The position numbers were made by a program, and so were the translations under genes. The notes below the pieces were generated by a model that made no database searches, was not told the DNA's origin, and was given only the letters and a program-made list of their open reading frames with translations. Source: a bacterium (lineage in GTDB: Bacteria; Zhuqueibacterota; Zhuqueibacteria; Residuimicrobiales; Krinioviventaceae). Taken from it: a DNA stretch of 64,000 bases. Positions 1 to 10,055 of the stretch are shown here, one piece after another. The stretch is taken from contig CAXXMD010000003.1 in NCBI GenBank assembly GCA_963675755.2, positions 2,304,001 through 2,368,000 of the forward strand, given 5' to 3'. How positions within the stretch are numbered: the first letter of the stretch is position 1; every line of letters starts with the position of its first letter.

Positions 1-523
1 GACTCTTTTGTATTTTTACGGCCTGTTCAATGGTATTTGACATAGAGTCTGAAAAAAGCCGGTAATTACACGCCATTCGGACTGCATTTAGAAATAGACT
101 GACTTCTTCACGCATCCAGTTTTCACAAAGCTTGAATACAATGATCCAATGATGTTCAGGACTGTGTACCCATACCGCAGCGGGGATTTCTTTTTCTGTT
201 GAACCTATAGCCAGAAAAAAAGAATAAAATCTGGCATCGTCATAGATATAACTACGGCTTGATGCAACCAGCTGCATAGCCTCCGCGGCAATGGGCAGGC
301 GGGATGCAAATTTATGTTTCTGTTGAGGATCAATGGTTTTGATTAGAATGAAATCATCACCACGCTGTTCATAAAGTCTGCCATTACAAATACCCAGACG
401 TTTACCAAAGCGTTTTTCAAGTTCGAGCAATATAAATTCTAAAAAATTACCATCTGTCTGGTCTATGCGAATTGCAGCCAGCAGGGCGTCCATTTCTCTA
501 TAAAAGGATTTCGGGTCTATCAT
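1..523 (-). CDS. Partial (runs off window start) probable SpoIIE/RsbU-type PP2C phosphatase, N-terminal part
   Basis: Own translation from ATG at 523 (MIDPKSFYREMDALL...), open to the window edge and ending EQAVKIQKS. This resembles the A-x-x-I-Q-x-S-L helix that precedes SpoIIE domains. The catalytic domain is not visible. Confidence 0.6.
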   Translation of the reverse strand, partial: MIDPKSFYREMDALLAAIRIDQTDGNFLEFILLELEKRFGKRLGICNGRLYEQRGDDFILIKTIDPQQKHKFASRLPIAAEAMQLVASSRSYIYDDARFYSFFLAIGSTEKEIPAAVWVHSPEHHWIIVFKLCENWMREEVSLFLNAVRMACNYRLFSDSMSNTIEQAVKIQKS

Positions 524-580
524 GTTCTTCTCGAATGCGTAAATCAATTAATTCATAGTTTAATCAATTTTTACGACACC

Positions 581-3500
581 TCAAACAGATTTGTTTTGTG
601 TGCCGGGTAATATTCGGAATAAAGCAATAATTACCACCACAAAAACAGCAATAATAATGCCTTGTATGGTTAGAACAGGGTTTCCCTGGTTGAGCAGCAT
701 TTTGGATTCTATTGCCCCAAGAACCATCAAGGGTGTGAAAAAATATGTTAAATAATTATTCCTGGCAAAAAAGATGATAATAAATACCAGCCACAAGAGA
801 ATGATGGATAAAAGTGCAGCCTGAAACAGCAATTCTGATAAAGTACGTACCTGTAATGTTATCAATGCCAGTAACATGGGAATTGCAATGGATCCGATCC
901 AAAGGGGCTTTTTAAATACATCGTGCAGAATGAAAACCAAAAGGCCTGTGAGAAAGGTTATAAATAATGTCATATAGAGAATATATACAAGGTTAGAGTA
1001 GAATGGCAGCGGTGAATCAATAAATGATGGCGCCGACAGGCTGTTATTAAAAATAAATTTGGGGAAATGTTCAGACAAAATGGATTGTATTTGCGCAATA
1101 CCCCATAACCCTGTTACTGCAATAATCGATGTAAATACTGCGTCTAAAAATATTTTGTTTCGGTCTCTTTGCCGGGTCATGTGCAGACTGCCCGGAAACA
1201 ATGCAGAGCTCATGCTGAACAGCATGCCCAGACCGGCAAAAATAAACAACGTGCTGAGAAGAATGGTTAGCAGCGTAGATATTTGGAACATGGGTATAGA
1301 AATAGAGGTGTTGTAATATTTAAATGCCATATTAAACTGTGTTAATGCATCTATCAAGAACAATGCGGCTATAACACCTGCCAATAAAAGGGAGCGTTTC
1401 CAAGACAAACTGCCGACTTTGGCAATGCGAATAAATCGTAATATACCTAAAACAACCAGGCCCAACAATAGAGTCAGTCGTAAACCCAGGTGCAGTGTAT
1501 TCAGGGCTGTTTGTTTTTCGCGCTGACGCTGCCAGGCTTCGGGGATTTTGGGATAGATTGTAAATCGCGATACGATATCTCCCTGAAGATCAACGGCAAT
1601 GCGGAGATGCATGTCCTGGATGGTCAGGCTGTCAGCGTCCAGAGATTCCCATTCGAACCGATAGTCGGTACGGTTTTTCATCTTTTCCGAGGCGTCCTGC
1701 ACCAGTTTATACCTGTCCAGATTGCAGCCTTGTTGTGTTGCAAAATTTTGAGCTATAAACAGTGCGCTGTCTGGAGGGAGTGTTGCGCCCGGTGCGTCAT
1801 CATCAACCAGTTTTGAAAATGCCAGTACTTTTAAGGATTCAGGATCCAAATGCACGCGGTACTCTGTCTTTTGTAGTGGAATGTAATAGCGTACCGCCCA
1901 TCGTGGAGCTTTAATTTCATCTGAAAAAAGCGTCTTCAATTTAGAAAAATCACTGTGCTCTAGTACATATTTAGCCGCAAGCGAGTTGAACCGGTCTGTT
2001 GCATAGGTGATGGTTTTAAAAGAATCCACAGAAACATTGCGTTGCTGTAAAAATACATCTGCCGCAGCTTTGGCCTGTTCGGGACGAGTAGGGTATTTAG
2101 CATCAAGCTTTTCTGTTTTGATGAATCCGGTACAGCATAATAACAAAGCAATCACAATACCAATCAGCAGCCGTTTGCGGGGCAGGGGAGTATAGTGAAT
2201 TACTGGGACCTCTTTTTCTTCCGTGTGCTCAATATGGCATGTGCCTTCATTTTTATTAGAAATGTCTGTTTCGGACAGGAATGTTTTTGTTTTCAGATAA
2301 GCAATTAATGATATGAACAGGGGAATTAACAGAATCCCGCAACTTATGGATGCAGTCAGTATCAGATACGCATTGTTGGATCTCAGCAAGACCAGGGCGG
2401 TGTATAAAGCATCGATCGAATAGTGCCAGACCAGAGTTGCCAGAATACCAAAACGCAGCATGACAAAACCAATGACCACACCGGCAATGCCCACTTCGAG
2501 TCCGCGGATATAAAAGGGTTCCTGAGCATAATTGGCATGAGCAAAGCCCCAGATAAACGCAGGGATGATGACGGCAATCCATTGTTTTTTTACAAATTTA
2601 TTGAAAAAGGGGATGGAAAACATGCGTGAAATAAACTCTTCCGAAACCGCGGGTATAAATCCCGAAAGCAATACATAGACCCAGGGAAATGCAGTGTTTA
2701 GCATGTTGCTGTAAGGAATATCTTGCGGGGCCCAACCACCGAGTTTATCTGCGGCCAGGTAAAAAATTACCTGATAAGCGACGAATGCAAATGTCATGGT
2801 TATGCCAACAATGGTAGCAATTAAAAAGGATTTTGACCTTATGCTCTGCCATGTGAATAGACGAGTGAGAGAGGTTTGCTGCCGGTAACGTTCCCTGTAA
2901 AGCGGTTCTGCTGCTGCGGTTAGAAAAAATATTGCCGCGCCAGACATTAACGCCATTACCACATCCATCAGGATGTGACGCATAAAAAAACTGGACCATG
3001 ATTCTGTTGTGTCAAAATAAAACGTGCTTAACGGGATGTCGTTTAATTGAGATAATAGGGTTAATACTGCCGCTGTTATGCCAAAAAAGAAGGCAGTTTT
3101 CCATTTTACATCCAGGTTGCGCGTGTGATTGATCAGCATTACCAGCATGGCTGCAAGTGTCAGTAATAGCAGGAATGATGCTACATAGCCTGTCGTATTG
3201 TTTTTCGCACGTAGTTTTTCGTAACCGCGTGTCCAGCTGTCCGGAATATAGAGGAATTCGTTATAAGCACCGATTTGGTCTCCTTGAATTCTGATCTGAT
3301 ATCGGTATTCCGAGCCTTGTATGTCAAAGGATTGTAATTTCCAGACAAATGTATGGTCCGTTCTTTTGGGCATATCCTGCTGGCTATGTTCTACAAATTC
3401 CAATGTATCGGCAGAGATGTTGAGGGTGCGAAGGAATTGTTCAGCCAATTCTCTGGCATCTGAAACTGTTAAACTGTCTCCGACAGCTTCTTCGGGGACG

Positions 3501-3889
3501 ATGTGTGAGAATCCGGTCAATTCTCCCTGCGGGCTAATGTTGACGTCAAACTCTGTACGGTCCAGAGGCTTGAACCAGCGGTTGCTCCATCTCCACAATC
3601 TGACACGGCGGCCCATAATCTGGTTTGCCTGTTGGGCCCCCAGCTCTTTTTCAAGAAAGGTTTTTGCCCTATTGTCATGGTCAAAGACCGCAGCGTGCCT
3701 GAATCCGGTAATATCAATGGATTGAGATTGTAGAAATTGTTCCGCTATCTGTTTGGACTGGCTTTTGTTAACCTCAAAACGGATAGAGGCCTCAGGGAAG
3801 GCTTTATAAAAAAGATTCAGGATAATTATTAAAGAAAGAATAGCAATCCCCAGACAGCTCCATAATACCCGTAAATCTCTAGTTTTCAA
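581..3889 (-). CDS. Large CPBP (CAAX/Abi) family intramembrane metalloprotease with internally duplicated extracytoplasmic and TM modules
   Basis: Motifs SEEFISR (EExxxR), WGFAH (FxxxH) and WHYSID (HxxxD); many TM segments; 1102 aa. Confidence 0.8.
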   Translation of the reverse strand: MKTRDLRVLWSCLGIAILSLIIILNLFYKAFPEASIRFEVNKSQSKQIAEQFLQSQSIDITGFRHAAVFDHDNRAKTFLEKELGAQQANQIMGRRVRLWRWSNRWFKPLDRTEFDVNISPQGELTGFSHIVPEEAVGDSLTVSDARELAEQFLRTLNISADTLEFVEHSQQDMPKRTDHTFVWKLQSFDIQGSEYRYQIRIQGDQIGAYNEFLYIPDSWTRGYEKLRAKNNTTGYVASFLLLLTLAAMLVMLINHTRNLDVKWKTAFFFGITAAVLTLLSQLNDIPLSTFYFDTTESWSSFFMRHILMDVVMALMSGAAIFFLTAAAEPLYRERYRQQTSLTRLFTWQSIRSKSFLIATIVGITMTFAFVAYQVIFYLAADKLGGWAPQDIPYSNMLNTAFPWVYVLLSGFIPAVSEEFISRMFSIPFFNKFVKKQWIAVIIPAFIWGFAHANYAQEPFYIRGLEVGIAGVVIGFVMLRFGILATLVWHYSIDALYTALVLLRSNNAYLILTASISCGILLIPLFISLIAYLKTKTFLSETDISNKNEGTCHIEHTEEKEVPVIHYTPLPRKRLLIGIVIALLLCCTGFIKTEKLDAKYPTRPEQAKAAADVFLQQRNVSVDSFKTITYATDRFNSLAAKYVLEHSDFSKLKTLFSDEIKAPRWAVRYYIPLQKTEYRVHLDPESLKVLAFSKLVDDDAPGATLPPDSALFIAQNFATQQGCNLDRYKLVQDASEKMKNRTDYRFEWESLDADSLTIQDMHLRIAVDLQGDIVSRFTIYPKIPEAWQRQREKQTALNTLHLGLRLTLLLGLVVLGILRFIRIAKVGSLSWKRSLLLAGVIAALFLIDALTQFNMAFKYYNTSISIPMFQISTLLTILLSTLFIFAGLGMLFSMSSALFPGSLHMTRQRDRNKIFLDAVFTSIIAVTGLWGIAQIQSILSEHFPKFIFNNSLSAPSFIDSPLPFYSNLVYILYMTLFITFLTGLLVFILHDVFKKPLWIGSIAIPMLLALITLQVRTLSELLFQAALLSIILLWLVFIIIFFARNNYLTYFFTPLMVLGAIESKMLLNQGNPVLTIQGIIIAVFVVVIIALFRILPGTQNKSV

Positions 3890-3903
3890 TTTTCAACCCC
3901 TTG

Positions 3904-4644
3904 TTATTTGGATTGTGAGCGATGCTTTCTTGCTTCAAAAAAGACCAGCGCCGATGCTACCGATACATTCAGTGAATTGACTCTGCCATGCATGGGGATG
4001 TTTAATATAAAATCACAGTTTTCTCTTACAAGGCGGCGCATACCTTTGCCTTCACTGCCCATTACCAGAACGGTTGGACCGCTATAATCTGCCTTGTCGT
4101 AATCTTTATCTCCATCCTGATCAACACCCGATACCCAGAAACCCTGATCCTTCAATTCTTTGATAACGCGGTTCAGATTGGTGACCTGCGCAACCGGTAC
4201 ATGGGCCGCAGCTCCGGCAGAGGATTTGATGGCGGTTGGAGTCAGCTCGACAGCATTGTCTTTGGGGATAATTATGCCATGAATGCCCGCTCCATCAGCA
4301 GAGCGTATAATAGCACCCAGATTATGCGGATCCTGGACTCCATCCAGAATTGCGATGAGGGGCGGTTCGTTTCGTTTTTCGCTGATTGCTAGTATTGTTT
4401 CCAGTGTTGCGTATTGGGGCGGTCCGGTTTTTATGGCGATACCCTGGTGATTTTCTGTGCCTGCAATTTGTGCAAGTTGAAATTTACTGGTTTTTTTGAC
4501 AGATATTTTTTGTTTGGCAGCCATGTCCAGAATGTTTTGGATGGTACTGCCTTTGAGCTCGGCACTGATTAATAATTGTTTTACGGGCATTCCGGCAGAG
4601 AGCCACTCCATAACCGGATTTCTACCATAAATTATATTAGACAT
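3904..4644 (-). CDS. rlmB: 23S rRNA (guanosine2251-2'-O)-methyltransferase RlmB (SpoU family)
   Basis: IYGRNPV N-terminus, HQGI, LDGVQDPHNLGAIIRSA, GSEGKG, SLNVSVA. Confidence 0.93.
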   Translation of the reverse strand: MSNIIYGRNPVMEWLSAGMPVKQLLISAELKGSTIQNILDMAAKQKISVKKTSKFQLAQIAGTENHQGIAIKTGPPQYATLETILAISEKRNEPPLIAILDGVQDPHNLGAIIRSADGAGIHGIIIPKDNAVELTPTAIKSSAGAAAHVPVAQVTNLNRVIKELKDQGFWVSGVDQDGDKDYDKADYSGPTVLVMGSEGKGMRRLVRENCDFILNIPMHGRVNSLNVSVASALVFFEARKHRSQSK

Positions 4645-4652
4645 AATGTTCC

Positions 4653-6824
4653 TTATTTGGTTTGCATGTCAAACACACCATCCCAGTTTTGGGGAGTTGG
4701 GTGTTCCATAAAATATTGACATCGTTCGATAAACAGATTTGATGGAATGTCATTTTCTTTTTTTGCCAGTACTTTATTGAATTGAGATATGGCCTGCTGC
4801 CATTGTTTTTCTCGATAGTACTCGAGTCCGTCTGCATAGTCTTTTAACAATTGCCGTGTTTCTGCTGCAGGACCGTTTTCATTATATTTCAACAGTTCGT
4901 AAATACGCACCGGTTTGTGCTTGCCTTTAACACGGATCTGGTCCAGTTCGCGTACAACAAAGGCATCATCCAGTTCATTACGGGTATACTCGCTGATGAT
5001 AATAGATGTTCCATAACTGCGATTCACCCCTTCAAGTCGTGATGCCAGGTTTACGGAATCGCCAATTACTGTATAATCAAACCGCTCTGTTCCTCCAATG
5101 TTCCCTGCAATCATGCTGCCGGAATTGATACCCACCCGTGTATGAAACTGGGGTTTGCCGGCGTATTTCCATTTTTTACGTAATATTTCAAGTTCAGCCT
5201 GCATTTCCAGTGCTGCCCGACAAGCCCGTTTGGTATGGTCTGGCTGCTCAACCGGTACTCCAAAGATAGCCATTATGGCATCGCCCTCGTATTTGTCGAG
5301 ATAGCCTTCATATTTCAATATAATATTTGTCATTGCGGTAAGGTATTCATTAAGATGAGATACCATTTTTTCTGGCTGCATCGATTCTGAAATGGTAGTA
5401 AAACTTTCAATGTCTGTAAAAAGTGCTGTTGCATATTTTCTGTCACCACCCAATTTTAGTAAATCAGGGTTTTGCAGCATTTCATCAACTACCGATGCCG
5501 TAACATAATGCTTGAACATGTTTTTTAATTTCTGTTTGTCGCGTTCTTCGTGCATAAAACGGTACATGAATACAAACAGATAGGCCAGTAGTATAGCCAT
5601 CATGGGTCTGACCATTGCCATCCAATAACCGTATTTGCTAAACAAGGCAACCGAGAGATAAGCATAAAATCCCAATACTGCAATGGTAATGACGGAGCTT
5701 TTTAGCGGTTTAAGGTATATTCCGAAAAACGAGATCACAGCCGAGATGAGAATAATAATGACAACAGAGAAAAACAGGTTAGGTTGGCGAATAAAATTCT
5801 GGGTCAGAATATTATGGATGATATTCGCATGTATTTCAACACCCGGAAATGCATCCTGAAAGGGGACGGGGCGAATATCTGACAATCCTGCTGCTGAAGT
5901 GCCTACCAAAACAATGCGTCCGTTAAAGACTTCTTTGGGTACACGCTGCATCAGTACATCGTAATACGAGATGTATCTGAATGTTTGAAAGGTCCCCTGG
6001 TAATTGATGAGCATTTTCGTTTTTTCTTTCAGAGGAATCTGCAAGGCAGTCTGCCCTTCGGCACCGGGTGGATGGATCAACATCCCTTTAGAATTGAATT
6101 CTAAATCTTTGGTGCTGGCACCCAGGGCACCCAGAACAATTGACAAGGAAAACGACGGATACAGCCTGTCTGCAAATTTAATATACATGGGCATATAGCG
6201 GATTACACTGTCATTGTCCGGGGAGAAATTTGCATAGCCAACACCGGCAGCGCCATTGTACAGATCTACCATTTTTCCGTCAAAGCGGTCCATGGTAATA
6301 AAATCATAGTTGTATTGATTGGCGGGCAGGGTGAATCTATCAGCATTAAATCCTTCGGGGGGCGCATCCATGGGGTACAGGAACGCATCTGGCTCTGCTG
6401 ATGAAAAGGTCAATGCGTGATGAACGTTGGAATTGTTTATGGTCGCACTTAATAGCTCCTGATCTTCCGATTCGTCCCGCTGAGGCTCAAGGAACAAAAG
6501 GTCAAATCCAACAGCCAGAGCACCACCTTGTGTGGCATAATCAACTAGCCGGGCATGGTAAGTTCTTGGCCATTGGTTAAACTGACCCAATTTGTCCAGA
6601 CTTCGGTTATCTATGTCGATAATGATAATATCGTCGATAGGAGCGCCGTTTCGTTCCTGCCAGAGGGAACCCAGTCTGGCCAGGTAACGAATGTCGAGAG
6701 AACGTGATTCAAATGCATCAAATACACCGGGCCATAACCATAAAGTAATGGCCCAGACTGATGCCGAGGCCAAAATTCCGATTATGACTCCCCGGGCCAC
6801 GCGCTGAATAAAATTATCTGTCAT
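4653..6824 (-). CDS. CHASE2-domain class III adenylate cyclase
   Basis: CHASE2 motifs (IIDIDNRSL, QWPR, GVEIHAN), three TMs, and cyclase motifs FTDIESFT, DKYEGDAIMA, TVIGDSVNLASRLEG. Confidence 0.92.
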   Translation of the reverse strand: MTDNFIQRVARGVIIGILASASVWAITLWLWPGVFDAFESRSLDIRYLARLGSLWQERNGAPIDDIIIIDIDNRSLDKLGQFNQWPRTYHARLVDYATQGGALAVGFDLLFLEPQRDESEDQELLSATINNSNVHHALTFSSAEPDAFLYPMDAPPEGFNADRFTLPANQYNYDFITMDRFDGKMVDLYNGAAGVGYANFSPDNDSVIRYMPMYIKFADRLYPSFSLSIVLGALGASTKDLEFNSKGMLIHPPGAEGQTALQIPLKEKTKMLINYQGTFQTFRYISYYDVLMQRVPKEVFNGRIVLVGTSAAGLSDIRPVPFQDAFPGVEIHANIIHNILTQNFIRQPNLFFSVVIIILISAVISFFGIYLKPLKSSVITIAVLGFYAYLSVALFSKYGYWMAMVRPMMAILLAYLFVFMYRFMHEERDKQKLKNMFKHYVTASVVDEMLQNPDLLKLGGDRKYATALFTDIESFTTISESMQPEKMVSHLNEYLTAMTNIILKYEGYLDKYEGDAIMAIFGVPVEQPDHTKRACRAALEMQAELEILRKKWKYAGKPQFHTRVGINSGSMIAGNIGGTERFDYTVIGDSVNLASRLEGVNRSYGTSIIISEYTRNELDDAFVVRELDQIRVKGKHKPVRIYELLKYNENGPAAETRQLLKDYADGLEYYREKQWQQAISQFNKVLAKKENDIPSNLFIERCQYFMEHPTPQNWDGVFDMQTK

Positions 6825-6848
6825 GCCAGCATCCGGATTTGAGTATAA

Positions 6849-8024
6849 TTATTTATACCATTCTGATTTGGGTGTATAGGCTGTATTCAAGCCACTTCTT
6901 TTTTTGTGTCTGTCAATGGCAAGTTGTACAAGCGTGTCTAAAAGTTCCCCGTATTCTACTCCAGTGGCCTGCCACAATTTGGGATACATACTGATCTGTG
7001 TAAATCCCGGTATGGTGTTAATTTCGTTCAGATAAAAAGTATCTGTATCTTTTTGCAATAAAAAGTCTACCCGGGCCATGCCGTCAACGCCAACCGCGAG
7101 AACGCTTTTAATTGCAGTATCCCGTATTGACTGTGATAGAACGTCTGACAAGGGGGCAGGAATCAGCAGGTCACTGCTGCCGTCAACGTATTTGGCGTCA
7201 TAATCATAAAATTCGTTCGAAGGAATGATTTCACCACATACCGATGCTTTGGGATACTCGTTACCCAGCACACTGACTTCAATTTCTCTTGCATTCAATA
7301 CAGCTTTTTCAATGACAACTTTGACATCATAATTTAAAGCGAGATTGATGGCAGCTTTTAATTCATTCCGGTCATGGGCTTTGGATATACCCACACTTGA
7401 ACCCATATTGGGGGGTTTTACAAATACAGGAAAGCCCAATGACTGCTCAACACGATCCAGAATACTCTCCTGGTCGAGATTGGCGATATGGTTTTGCAGT
7501 TCCGGTACTGTTGGATCTGATGGTGAATGGTTCCAGTCCACATCTCTAAACCAGACATAATTTGCAATGGGCAAGCCTGCCTGTTCGCATACCAGTTTTT
7601 GAGTGATTTTGTCCATGCTGAGTGATGAACCCAAAACACCTGCTCCGACGTAGGGAATGTTGGCAAGCTCAAGCAGACCCTGCAAGGTGCCGTCTTCGCC
7701 AAAGGTACCATGCAGAACCGGGAAAATAACATCCAATGCTTTTTCCTGACCCAATGCCGACAATCCGTTTGCATCGGTGGTAACCAGAGATCGAACAGTG
7801 GGATCAGGGGGTAAATAGACTTTGTTGCCTGTTTTATGTTCTTTTAATAATCCCAGAGCATTTTCTCCGGCCAGCCATTCGCCAACCGGAGAGATACCAA
7901 TAGGAATAATTTCATATTTTTCTGGATCGAGTGCTTTCATGACAGACCCTGCTGAAACAAGAGAAACCTCGTGTTCAGCAGACCTTCCGCCAAACAAAAC
8001 ACCGATCCGTATTTTTTGTGTCAC
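6849..8024 (-). CDS. ddl: D-alanine--D-alanine ligase
   Basis: GGRSAEHEVS, LHGTFGEDG, GSSVG, FYDYDAKY, NEINTIPGFT. Start moved to GTG at 8024, which has GGAG just upstream; the ORF track uses 8042. Confidence 0.95.
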   Translation of the reverse strand: MTQKIRIGVLFGGRSAEHEVSLVSAGSVMKALDPEKYEIIPIGISPVGEWLAGENALGLLKEHKTGNKVYLPPDPTVRSLVTTDANGLSALGQEKALDVIFPVLHGTFGEDGTLQGLLELANIPYVGAGVLGSSLSMDKITQKLVCEQAGLPIANYVWFRDVDWNHSPSDPTVPELQNHIANLDQESILDRVEQSLGFPVFVKPPNMGSSVGISKAHDRNELKAAINLALNYDVKVVIEKAVLNAREIEVSVLGNEYPKASVCGEIIPSNEFYDYDAKYVDGSSDLLIPAPLSDVLSQSIRDTAIKSVLAVGVDGMARVDFLLQKDTDTFYLNEINTIPGFTQISMYPKLWQATGVEYGELLDTLVQLAIDRHKKRSGLNTAYTPKSEWYK

Positions 8025-8044
8025 AAACGACTCCAAATCCAAAA

Positions 8045-9859
8045 TTAAGCGTAAAGCGGTCCAAAATTCTCACAAGCACGGAAATCTGCGCCTTCAGGAG
8101 AATCTGTTCCAAATGATGACCACGCACTGGGTCTGAAAATGCGTTCAGGTTCAACATTGTGCATGTTGACCGGAATTCTCAACATCGAAGCCAGGGTGAT
8201 CAATTTATCTCCAATATGACCGTAACTGATTGCGCCATGGTTGGCACCCCAGTTTGCCATTACGCTGTATACATCTACAAAGGGGCCTTTACCGGTCAGC
8301 TTGGGAGCAAACCAGGTGGTTGGCCATGTGGGATCCGTACGACGATCCAGAACGGTGTGAATATCATCGGGAAGGTCAACAGTGTAGCCTTCTGCAATCT
8401 GCAATACCGGTCCCAAACCTTTTACCAGGTTAATACGGCTCATGGTTACAGGCATTTCGCCAACGGTTTTAAATTGTGAAGAATAACCGCCGCCACGGAA
8501 ATAACCCAGGTTAGCCGGACACCATTGGGTTGCATCCAGACATTCGCCAACTTCTTCCGGAGTGATTTCCCAAAAGGGTTTCATTGCCGATTCGCCATCT
8601 TTTTTCTGACGACCGGTACCATCCAGAGTGGTTGAGCCCGAGTTGATCAGGTGGATAATTCCGTCTTTGGCTTTACCAGAAAGCGCTTTGCCGGTCACGC
8701 GTTTAACCGCATCCGGACTCCAATAGGTACGAACATCGGAGAAAATTTGTGCGGTATCTGTTAACAAGTGTCCAAACAGCATGGAAACACCGTTTAAGCA
8801 GTCATTTTCAGTTGCCATGATATACGCTTCACGGATGCCGTTCCAGTCAAAGGATGAATTGAGAATGGATTCAAGAAAATCACCATTTGGTAAATAATCG
8901 GTCCACTGACGTTGTCCCTGGAAACCTGCTGCAATGGCATTGTGACCCAGTGCTTCTTCGCCATAACCCATATCAGCCAATTTGGGATTACCAATCATCA
9001 AGTCACGGGCAATCAGGGTCATTTTTATTACATATTCCCATTCCCAGTCTTTGAGTTTACGGTCATGTTTTTTATCATCGTCATTCAGGTCTTCACCTTC
9101 AGGACAGTTGGTTTTAACCCATTTTAATGCTTTTTCATATTCTTCTTTATCGTAAATACCCTGTTCAATACGACGGATAAATTCTGTTGATTCAACAGAT
9201 TCGTTTCGCATGCCCAGATAATCCTGGAAAAAGCTCTGGTCTACAATGGATCCAGCAATACCCATGGATACACCACCGATTGCCAGATATGATTTGTTAC
9301 GCATTTCTGCAACAGCCAGACCTGCTTTAACAAAATTCAAAAGTTTGCTCTTGACATCATCGGGTACACTGGTATCATCATTGTCTTGTACATCATGACC
9401 ATAGATACTGAATGCCGGAAGACCTTTTTGGGTATAACCTGCCAATGCAGCAGCCAGATAAACCGCACCCGGACGTTCAGTACCATTAAAACCCCAAACC
9501 GCTTTTGGCATCAATGGATCAGTATCCATAACTTCGGTACCATAACACCAGCAAGGGGTAACTGTAAGAGAAACACCAACACCTTCACGAGCAAATTTTT
9601 CCGCACATTCTGCAGCTTCTGCAACACGGCCAATAGTTGTATCGGCAATAACGCATTCAACCGGTAACCCATTGGGATGACGCAAGTTTTCTGTAATCAG
9701 TTTTGCTGCCGCTTTTGCCATATTCATGGTCTGATCTTCCAAAGACTCGCGTACACCGTTCATGCGACCATCGATAACAGGTCGAATGCCAACCTTGGGA
9801 AGTGAACCGCGCAAACGTTTTTGCGGTGCATTCATTTTAATATCACTTGTCTGTGCCAT
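8045..9859 (-). CDS. fucI: L-fucose isomerase
   Basis: [45 protein letters not shown]; 604 aa. Confidence 0.96.
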   Translation of the reverse strand: MAQTSDIKMNAPQKRLRGSLPKVGIRPVIDGRMNGVRESLEDQTMNMAKAAAKLITENLRHPNGLPVECVIADTTIGRVAEAAECAEKFAREGVGVSLTVTPCWCYGTEVMDTDPLMPKAVWGFNGTERPGAVYLAAALAGYTQKGLPAFSIYGHDVQDNDDTSVPDDVKSKLLNFVKAGLAVAEMRNKSYLAIGGVSMGIAGSIVDQSFFQDYLGMRNESVESTEFIRRIEQGIYDKEEYEKALKWVKTNCPEGEDLNDDDKKHDRKLKDWEWEYVIKMTLIARDLMIGNPKLADMGYGEEALGHNAIAAGFQGQRQWTDYLPNGDFLESILNSSFDWNGIREAYIMATENDCLNGVSMLFGHLLTDTAQIFSDVRTYWSPDAVKRVTGKALSGKAKDGIIHLINSGSTTLDGTGRQKKDGESAMKPFWEITPEEVGECLDATQWCPANLGYFRGGGYSSQFKTVGEMPVTMSRINLVKGLGPVLQIAEGYTVDLPDDIHTVLDRRTDPTWPTTWFAPKLTGKGPFVDVYSVMANWGANHGAISYGHIGDKLITLASMLRIPVNMHNVEPERIFRPSAWSSFGTDSPEGADFRACENFGPLYA

Positions 9860-9988
9860 CTGTTATTCTCCGTTTATTTATAATTTCAAGCCATTTTTTT
9901 CTATTCTTAAATTAAACCATTTATTGTGATTTACAAGGGAAAATATTGCTTTGATTTGCGTTTGGTTTGCTTTTAAATAAAGTTTTTC

Positions 9989-10033
9989 TTGAATGCAATT
10001 TGGGTTAATATTATATTTCGTAATTACGAAATA
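9989..10033 (+). promoter_or_regulatory. Sigma70-type promoter with overlapping 20-bp palindromic operator
   Basis: TTGAAT (9989-9994), 17 bp, TATATT (10012-10017). Perfect palindrome TATTTCGTAATTACGAAATA at 10014-10033, upstream of the TBDR-MarR pair. Confidence 0.7.
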
Positions 10034-10055
10034 AATTAATGGGCGAGGTAACACG

